A DNA stretch of 64,000 nucleotides, taken from Chrysomallon squamiferum. Taxonomy: Eukaryota > Animalia > Mollusca. Location of the stretch: NCBI GenBank assembly GCA_012295275.1, contig CM022671.1, positions 32,426,001 to 32,490,000 of the forward strand, given 5' to 3'. The notes under the pieces are model-generated. The model did no database searches, had not been told where the DNA came from, and saw only the letters and a list, made by a program, of their open reading frames with translations. The first letter of the stretch is position 1, and each line of letters begins with the position of its first letter. Of this stretch, positions 55,111 through 64,000 are shown piece after piece. The translations under genes were made by a program, and so were the position numbers.

Positions 55111-56358
55111 TTTTGGTTTATTATATCAAAGGATACTGGGATTAATTTTGTTAAATTGTTTTCAAGGTGTACGATTGCACATGGTGAAAGGTCATTTTGA
55201 ATTTGGGTTACATTCCAAAATAACCAAAAAAAAATGTTGAGTTACACTTTTCAGATATTTTATTTATTGAACTTTGCCACAGAAACTGAAAAAAAAGAAA
55301 AAGATTTTTGTATTATTTTAACTATGCATTTAATGTGTGAGAGAAGGAACAAATGATGTTATCAAACATTCACAGACACATTTTTATTTTCTTTGAGGTC
55401 ATTTAATGCACAGATTAAATGATGGTTGTGAGAACAAATACATATATTTTTTAACTGAAAAACAATTACAGTATTACAGGATAAACATGTCATTTATTTA
55501 TAATACCTTTTCCATTTCACAAATCATTCCTCATTTTGTAACACTTGTTTTCAAATTCATGAAGGATGTGAATATTTTTGTATGTATGGTAAGACTAATA
55601 CACCACTGAACTAATAATTTCACATTTAATTGGATGAAAGTTTGATGCAACAATTGGATTTCTTTATTATAATGTTATATGAAAACTGTTGGAACATGTT
55701 TCCTAGCACCACATTTTGCACTAATAAAAAATGTTTCTTCCTTGTGTTAATTTGGGTTGTTTGTTGTTTAATACATGCTGAAGTCTCTTATTGTTTCATT
55801 CATTTAACAGCAAGATCATAGCAGTAGCCATGATACTTTTTTCTTTCTTATGCTATACTGTAAGATAGTTGAGAATATTAAAGATAGAAATAATAATAAA
55901 AGTAAAGAAAAAAAATGTAAAATAAAATAAATGAAATACAGTTCATAAAAAGGTTACCATAAACTCATTTTAAGTATTTTTAATTTCATTTTTTTCTATT
56001 GCAGCTGTTTCTCCATTTACTGCTAAATCAAAAATGAGTAGCCCATCACATAGCTGCACTGTTTTCTTCTTGCATATTGCATAATCTTTAATCATAAAAT
56101 ACATTAAAAAAATTAACAGTATGATGAGGATTATATAAATAAATAAAAAATGTCTTTCTTCCTTACATGTATGACTTTATTATTTCCCAGTAAGTTAACT
56201 TCTAAAACAAGAAAACAATACCTATTGGTGAATATATTTTAATAACATCTCAACAAATCTATTTGGTGAAGTTATTTTGTAAAATCGGGGGGAAAATCCT
56301 GCTGTTACACTTACAGTGGCAAGAAGCTAGTAACAATCCTAAGTCTATTGACATATTT

Positions 56359-56512
56359 GATCCTGATACATCTGTTAATATATCTTACCCTGGTTCATTC
56401 AGTGTAAGTGATTTGGGTTCATCTGTTGATACAGCTTATCCTGGTTCACTCTGTATAACTGATTTTTGTTCATGTTGATTTTACTGATCCTGGTTACTCT
56501 GTTGATATAACT
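56359..56512. repeat. Degenerate 27/24-bp minisatellite (GATCCTGGTTCATCTGTTGATATAACT consensus)
   Basis: Six units of 27, 24, 27, 24, 25 and 27 bp. Confidence 0.8.
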
Positions 56513-59500
56513 GCATTGAAAGGCTCTCCAAGATCAAAATGAAGAAGAAAAATGAATTTTTTCATCTTGTGACATAATTTGGTATACTGAAATATTCACT
56601 TGGACCCAGTGTATTCATAACTGCAGAGAATCCTACTATCGTCACTCTAATTTGGCCTTGATGAAGGAAGCAATGTCTTAATGGCATCTCAACAAATTTT
56701 GATTTATAATTGTTTTGCTTTAGATTTTTTAAATATTGATGTAAGACAGGAAACCAACTATGCTGACCTTGTTCCATTGACTAGCAGCAAGATCCATATG
56801 AAAATAAAAACACATGTACCATGTCCTTTGGCTGCTAATTCAGAAACAGTTTAATGAAAATGCCAAGATGGACTGATCTTGCAGCAGTGATAGTGTGAAA
56901 TACAATATTCTCTATTTTTGTAAGATGAAAAATGATGGGCTGAAGAAAAAACAAAAAAACAAAACAAATATCTTAATAAATTATTTAATAAAAATGTTAA
57001 AAATATTTTTTTTTATTTTTTTTTATATATTTCTTTTTAAATCAAAATGTAAAAAATGCAAAAAAAAAAACAAAAAAAAAATATGTTCATTTTATTTCTT
57101 ATTTAACCATTTTAAATATTGCCAACTAAAGGCTGATTTATGATAAAGCATAAATATAATGCTTTGTTCCAGCTTTAAAAAATAGTGGATTTTCATGTTT
57201 TTTAAAGACCCTTGGTATCCATTATAGCTGTATTAGATTTTTAATTAAAGAGGAAACCACTAGTAGAGTTCAACAGCAAAGATATTTAACTATTTTATAT
57301 ATGTATATTCCTGCAGATGTGAAATACCATAGCTCTTGGCCAAAGTTGCATACAAAATTGAGTGTTGTTTTAAAAATTACTTATTTAAAATATATATATA
57401 TTGTGTGGGTATGGGTGGGTGCAATCATTTTCCTGTATTTTTAAAAATTAACTCTATTTCAGTAATGTCCAATCACGCATGATATTTAATACATAATTCC
57501 AATCCATCTTTGCTTTCTTTCATCTTAATCTTTATATAAAATATATTTTCTATTTTAATATAATTAATAATCATTGATAACATTTTTTATGACCATTAAT
57601 CTGGAATTAATAACAAAAAATAATAATAATAAAAATAATAATAAATTAACTATCAAATTTTTTATTTATTTTATTTTTATTTAATTTATTAATTAATAAT
57701 AAAACATTTAAAATCATCAAACTGTTTATTAATTGTTACATTTGAAATGACTTTGAATACTCAATAATAAAACAGTTTTTATTTACCATTGTACATACTG
57801 TATACAAAGCTTTCCTATTTATTTGTAATATTTTAATGGAATGATTATTTGTAAACTGATTATGCAAAGGCTAATTTGTTTTATTTTTTATTATGATATG
57901 TTCTGAATCAAAAGTACATGTTATGTGATATATAAGATATATAATCACTAATATGTTTAACAAAATAATTATACATTTTTAAAAATAAAATACTGATAAT
58001 ACATGTATTTGGATACACTCTATAATAAAAGGCTTAGTTACTTTTTTTTTTAAACAAACACAGTTCCATGTTTTTCTAATTTGGTTACAAATCACTTGTA
58101 TATAATAATATCATAAATGGTAAGTAGTATATACATACACATTATAAAAGGCACTATAACACAGTACATTTCCCAGGGGTCAGTTTTAATCATTTTGTTT
58201 TGACCATCTCAACTGACCAGTAGATTTTTGTTAGTTCTTAAATGCAAGATGCAGAGAATATGTAGGAAAGGACAAATTTTATATTTAACAGAATCAATGT
58301 TGTTGTTGTTGTTGTTGTTGCTGCTGCTGCTGCTGCATTTAAAAGGTCCATTTTGTTAATTCTGTTCATGAATTATGATTAAGGAATTTAATGGATTCTT
58401 TAATCAAGTTACATAGCAGATAATATTTATATTTTTTATTTTCTAAACATATAGATTTTTTAAATTTATTTATTTGTATTTTATTTTTTATACTTATTAT
58501 TTATTTTCCATTATTATTATTTTTTTTGTACGTGCTAGAACAAACTAAAAATTAAAGCTGGCCCCTCTGAAAGCAAGTGTCATTAAAAATAATGCAGAAC
58601 ATAATAATGTAAAATATGTATAATTTAATGAGCACTAAAATTTGTGTAAAAAGTCACAAAGCCATTAAGAAAACCATTTTTATAATAAATAATGTAGATG
58701 AAAGAAGTAATGTAAAAAATTCAAGCCAAATTGATTGATTGAAAATTTAATTTTGATATTTAATTTTATGTTAATAAATGAATTTTCAACAAAGAGAAAA
58801 TCGGTGTCCAAAAAAAAGAAAAGAAAAAAAAAACAACATAAAAAAAGAGCTTGAGAAAAAAAATCTTGTAATATATTCAGTTAATTATTTAAAATCATGA
58901 AAATTGAAAAAAAAAAATATTTTCATGATAACAAATTTCAAATTCAGACAGCACAAGTCAGCTGACTGTTATGTATAACTGCAGGGGACAAAAGATCCAA
59001 AAATATATAAAAAATAATAATAACAATTAAAAAAACAAATTAATGACTTAAAAAAGGTTTAAGTGAAAAAACAAAAGAAAAAGAAAATGGTTCAGATAGA
59101 AAGGCAAGTACATGTCTTAAGTATTCCACAAGTATTAAAATTACAAAAATAAGTTCTTTTGTTACTGGCAAAATATACACACGCCACAAGGCACTGAAAG
59201 TAAGTACGTTCTGGAAACCAGTCAACACTTCCCTGAGATATGCTTAATATCAGTTTTACAACACCACTACTGCTAACATTCTAACCATTAAAAAAAAAAA
59301 AAAAAAAAAAAAAAAGAAAAAGAAAAGTGCAAAAAGAAAATATCTCCTGAAGAAATCTAATTCAATAAAACAAAAATAAAAAGACAAAACATAACTATAT
59401 CAATTTTACAACATTTCTACCGTAACATTTTTGTTCTGACATACAGAAATGAATAATACATGCCAAAAGCTTTTTAGAAAGAAATTTAATTTAATTTTAA

Positions 59501-59559
59501 AAATTATAGCTATCTTAAAAAGTATAATTAATTCAATTTTAATAACAATCTTAATACAA

Positions 59560-60020
59560 AGTTTTTAACCGTAGAAGTGCAAAAATGGATAATCTTGATA
59601 AGAAAATATTTTTAAAGAAGTTTAAATAAAGCAAGGTACAAATATAATAATTTTCTTAATATTTATGTTTTAAAGTTTTTAAGCTTAGAAATTTGAAAAA
59701 GTATAATCATTAAAAGAATGTATTTTTAAAGAAGTTCAAATAAAGCTAGTGTAACTATAATCATTTTAAGCATTTATGTTTTAAAGTTCTTAAGCTTTGA
59801 AATGTTAAAATGGAAAAACGTTAAAAGAAACTATTTTTAAAGAAATTTAAATAGCTTATAATCGTTTTTAAATATTTCTATTTTAAAGTCCTCAAGCTTT
59901 GAAATGCTAAAATGAATAATCCTTAAAAGAAAGTATTTTTAAAGTCTAAGTAAAACAGGCCATAATTATATCAATTTTACAAACTTTCTTCAATAAGGTT
60001 TCTAAACCAAGAAATGCAGC
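59560..60020. repeat. Degenerate AT-rich tandem repeat of about 105-115 bp, about 4 copies
   Basis: Recurring TATTTTTAAAGAAGTT.AAATA and TTTTAAAGT..T.AAGCTT.GAAAT blocks. Confidence 0.75.
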
Positions 60021-60751
60021 AATGGACACAAAACGTATGAAGACATTTAATTAAATAAAATAAATTTAGTTGACATGATACAACTATAATAACTCAGCTA
60101 TGATACTTTTAAGCTTACATGTGCTTAAATGGATAATACTTTCAGAATATTCAGTTTCCAAGTAAGTTTGATTTAAAACAAATAATAACAATAAATGATT
60201 CAACTTAGTGTCATACAGATATACTGTATGTTAATAGACTCGTAATAAAATGAGTAAGCCACTAATCCACTAATCCATGTCTCACAGGTATAGTATCAGC
60301 TCCAGAATAACTGTGAGTACTAAAAATATTTTCACATCAATCAACAGAACACTAATGTTGGACTGCAAAAATGAAACTATTACAATAGATTTCAGATGGT
60401 GCTGGATACAAATGATGCAAAAATTGTGCAGTAACTTGGACGTGTCCTTGAAAGATTTTGGAGTTTAATTATTTTGATATGGTAAGAACAAGAGAGAAGA
60501 ATTAAATTTTCTTTATCTCTGTGTTATAATGGTTAAGCTACCAACATCAAGTCTACCACAGAGCTATCCATGGCAGATATAAAAACCATTGCTCTTTCTG
60601 TTTTCTAAAAGTAACCCTCAAAGATTCCAATATTTAACACATTCACATTGTTTAGGTACCCAGTCATGTTCTGTTGTTGAAGGCTTGATTGATTCATTTT
60701 AATATATAGTTCCTTCCCTTTCATTCTTTCTTTTATGTATTTATTTATTAT

Positions 60752-60794
<43 letters not shown>

Positions 60795-61944
60795 TTGTAA
60801 AAAGTGAAATTAGAAAAATTCACATTTCATTACTGTAAATGGAGCCATTTATTTATTTACTCAAGAGAACTGGATTCTGTCATCTCTAATTTAGAAATTA
60901 TACTTTAAAATAATGTGAAATATTAAAAACAGATTTTCTCTCAATAAACAAGATTTTTGACTTTCTAAAACTATTCTGTTGAGAGCTTTACTACTATTAA
61001 ATGCAAAACTGAGTTTCATATAAAAACATTTAAAAAAAAAAAAAAATTAATTAAATAAAATTATTCAATAAAATAAAAAAAAAAAAAAAAAATAAAAATA
61101 AAAAAATTAAACAACTGTAAAATATTTTCAGTTAACTAGTTTTACTGGCATGTACACAGGCAACAATAAAGGAAAATCCAAATTAACTAATAACAATATT
61201 CAATTTTTATAAATTAAAAAAGTGTTTTCAAATATTATCCAATTTCTTTCTTGGATGGATGTAGGGGTTTTTTTTATTATAAAATAAATGTAAGTTTGCT
61301 TCACCATGAATCATTTTAATGTCTGGTCTAATTTGTTCCATTGAAATAATATAAAAATGAAATACTCTGTGTCAATTTTCATGTAATCATGAAACATTTT
61401 AATAAATCATTCATGTTTATTTCTTGAATGAATACTGATATTTTTATGCTAAAAATGACAATCTGTTTAACAATATAAATAGCCACAATGTGTTCTTTCC
61501 TTACATACAATACCCACAAATTATCTGGCTCTTGTTTTCCGATTATATATATTATGTTCAGCTTATAGGCTCAATTGATGGTATAAATATGAAAATGTTT
61601 TATTATAATTCTGAATATTAAGAATAACATTGAAAAAGTGTTCTGAGTAAGGCTGGGGTGAGAATATAATGACAAAAATTCTATATTAATTGAGGTCAGT
61701 TGATATGGAATATCAGGAAATCTAGCACATCATTCAACCACAATCATATACACAGCTATAAAGATATTAAAAAAGTTTAATTGGAAATGTTAAAATTCTG
61801 CATACAAGACTGTATTACAGAAAACAAAAAAATAAAGGTTTGGTCTCTTGTTTTAGATTTTGAAACGTTTTCATTTTTTCGCACTAAAATTCTTATCTTC
61901 AGATCTGTTGAGCTGCATCAAACTGCAGTCCTCAGAAAAAAAAA

Positions 61945-63985
61945 TCAGGTTTCTTCATTTTTTTCATTCAAAACATTTTTCAGTGCTGCTGCCTTGTTTT
62001 CGCTGGGGATACACAACTGCTGAAAAAGAGCCAACATTTGATTGTTTTTAGCTGCCAGGTTCAATCTATGATTTGAAACATAATGGCTGGAATGCGAAAA
62101 AATTTCACGCCCGTCCCAGTCCTTTGACAAGTACACTCTTCTCATCTTTGGCACTTTAGCATTTCGTCTTCTACCACTTTTGTTTTTTCTACATCTGGAC
62201 GTTGTCCACTTCTTGTGACCGACAAAGCCACTGTCCTTGTGAGTGAATGAAGATGCCAGTGATCCCCAGACCTGACTAGACAAGTTAAACGATTTCTGAG
62301 CTGCTGCCTTGTTGAGAATGGTCCTCTTACCATCATGTTCAGAACACTCCTCATAAGAAGTCCTTTCAGTCTCCTCTTGGTCCTTTGACCCGTTTCTATT
62401 GGATTTACCATGAGAGGAGAGCTTGTCACCATCACTCTCCTCTTGGTCTTTAGGCCCTTCGCTGCTGGATTTACCAAGAGAGGAGAGCTTTCCACTCCCC
62501 GTTCCATTGTTCAGACCTGAATTGTCAGTATTACCTGAATCAGTATTCTTTCTGTCACTGTCGCCAAAGCCAAACATTCTGAAGTTGTTCATGCCGTTTT
62601 CAGACAGAGGTTTCGCTAAGGGTGTTCCCTGAGGTGCAGCAATATCATCTCTGAAAAACACAACAACTACAGAAATGTTGTCACTCGAGCCTCTGTCTCT
62701 GGACTGATCAACAATTGCTTTGGCGACTTCGGATTTGCTGCCATGTGTTTTGACGTGGGTGTAGACGATGTCGGGAATGTCGGAAGGTTCGAGAACATCC
62801 CAGACGCCATCGCAGGCCAGGACAACGTAGTCTTCTTGACCATCCAGTTCAAAACTTGCCACATCAGCATCACTGCACACAAACGGCTTCTGGGTAACAT
62901 CTCCTGAAATGGTAACAGCAAAGTCAGTAATAATTATTTCAGATAACTTATTTCAGTGAAATTATTTAAACGTTTATGAGGAAATGGCTAAAAAAACAGT
63001 CTTAAAAAAACATTCAGAAATAACAAAGATGTGTATTATTTTATTTAATCAAGTCTGCACCAGGTTTAAAATGAATTACTTTGAGATAAGTATGTTAATC
63101 AGGTAACATTAATGCAGTAACGATGACAGGAACTGATCAATGATGACAGTAACTGACAACAATCACCGTAACTGACCAGTGAAGACAGTAACAGACCAAC
63201 ATTTCCTAGTTACAGACTATTTAAACCTAAGTATTCTAATTAATGATGAACTGACCGATAGCTCTGGACACTGCAATATTTCCATTAACCCTCCATGCTC
63301 CAAAGAAGATAACGTATCCACCCAAAGCTTCAATTCTTGATCTTTCATCCTGCAATTATTTCAAAAACTAAAATTGTCAAATATCTGAGTCAAACTATAA
63401 CTTACATTAATCAAAATAAACAACCCCAAAACTCATCACACCTAAATATATTAGTAAATACACTAAAACCGAGATCTCACTAGAATTAACAATTCCTGTG
63501 TTGAGTCAAATTAACAAAAACAAAACAAACCAACATAAATGTACACACACAAATAAATACGTTAAAATTGATAATACCTCAGTAGAATTAATAATTCCGG
63601 CTTTCATTTATTTATTACCCGAATAATTTATTATTAGTTATTATTTTAACTAAATAAAAGTCTCAAAATATTACTAATAAAATTATAAATGCATTATTAT
63701 TATTATTATTACTATTATTGTTGTTACTGTTGTTGTTGTTCTCGTCGTGGTTGTTGTAGTTGTTGTTGTTATCATTATTATTTTTATTTTTTTTCCTATT
63801 AAATCCATTTTTTATTAAATGTTTAGTACAAAAGCGCACACCTCTCTCTCTGGTTTGTGAGGTTCCATGATGTTTACAACACCTCCATTCTTCACCAGAA
63901 TGGCCTGGGAGTCACCCAGCCAAGACACATGGAGAGTGCTGCCTCGTATCAGTGCTGTGACACACGTAGTACCACTTCGCAGGTT
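61945..63985 (-). CDS. PPM1E: PP2C-family phosphatase PPM1E/PPM1F (CaMKP-N / POPX type), last three coding exons; 5' part lies outside the window
   Basis: Minus-strand exons 63985-63842 ([48 protein letters not shown]), 63349-63256 ([31 protein letters not shown]) and 62903-61945 ([14 protein letters not shown]...[13 protein letters not shown]...[12 protein letters not shown] plus a long tail with a basic patch). Probably co-orthologous to vertebrate PPM1E and PPM1F. Confidence 0.92.
63105..63200. repeat. Degenerate 21-bp repeat (ATGACAGTAACTGAC core)
   Basis: Four to five recurrences of CAGTAAC.GA. Confidence 0.65.
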
Positions 63986-64000
63986 CTGAATGAAGAAAAT

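Overview
AT-rich eukaryotic genomic DNA from an invertebrate animal (a lophotrochozoan such as a mollusc is my inference). It holds three intron-rich genes: the 3' part of HUWE1 (+, about 53 exons from the window start to the stop at 32252), a complete TRIM37 (+, 35670-53424), and the last three coding exons of a PPM1E/PPM1F-type PP2C phosphatase (-, 61945-63985), which lies tail-to-tail with TRIM37 as PPM1E does in human. The main hidden system is a family of 10 box C/D snoRNA copies in HUWE1 introns, with up to 4 in one intron. Six are SNORD27/U27-type guides complementary to the 18S rRNA 5' end (Am27/28). Four form a sister subfamily whose guide changed (GTCAAGCACGTG / GTCAAGCACATG) so that it mismatches 18S exactly at the methylation-specifying position, which suggests retargeting. 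Other candidates include a 6-nt microexon, a duplicated exon start with a stop codon, a TRIM37 uORF and an alternative TRIM37 C-terminus. All exon coordinates were read by eye and may be off by a few bases.
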